From Octopus sinensis (lineage: Eukaryota): a stretch of DNA of 64,000 bases. Of the stretch, positions 63,976 through 64,000 are shown in pieces. The position numbers and the translations under genes were made by a program. The stretch lies in assembly GCF_006345805.1 (NCBI RefSeq), contig NC_043000.1:12896001-12960000 (forward strand), written 5' to 3'. The notes beneath the pieces are model-generated. The model searched no databases, was not told where the DNA came from, and saw only the letters and a program-made list of their open reading frames with translations. The stretch's first letter is position 1. The number at the start of each line of letters is the position of its first letter.

Positions 63976-64000
63976 CTAATAAATAAAATATTTTGAATGT

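Overview
AT-rich, microsatellite-dense animal genomic DNA, most likely an octopus (Octopus-type SINE families recognised from memory, not verified by search). It has one 100-N gap (14502-14601). Two protein-coding genes can be read. (1) A previously unrecognised-looking, six-exon plus-strand gene (37632-51000; first exon not located). It splices in frame to about 284 aa of a probably secreted, Cys-rich zinc metallopeptidase with the HEFGH...Y...EYFAE motif layout of the anthrax-lethal-factor/PPEP-1/MtfA zincin group. The ORF track misses most of it. (2) The last two exons of STT3A (oligosaccharyltransferase catalytic subunit) on the minus strand at the right edge. The rest is transposon-derived: three abundant tRNA-headed SINE families, non-autonomous Helitrons, mariner/Tc1/Tigger/hAT/Merlin/piggyBac elements or MITEs, RTE and CR1/L2 3' ends and three Penelope-like relics. 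The most unusual non-coding signal is a set of minimal type-I hammerhead-ribozyme (HHR) motifs from at least three sequence families, mostly in fold-back structures. One family fuses a tRNA-like Pol III head to the hammerhead. A head-to-tail array of about 16-18 CpG-depleted SINEs lies just downstream of STT3A. Nearly all ORFs in the supplied track are microsatellite or SINE artefacts.
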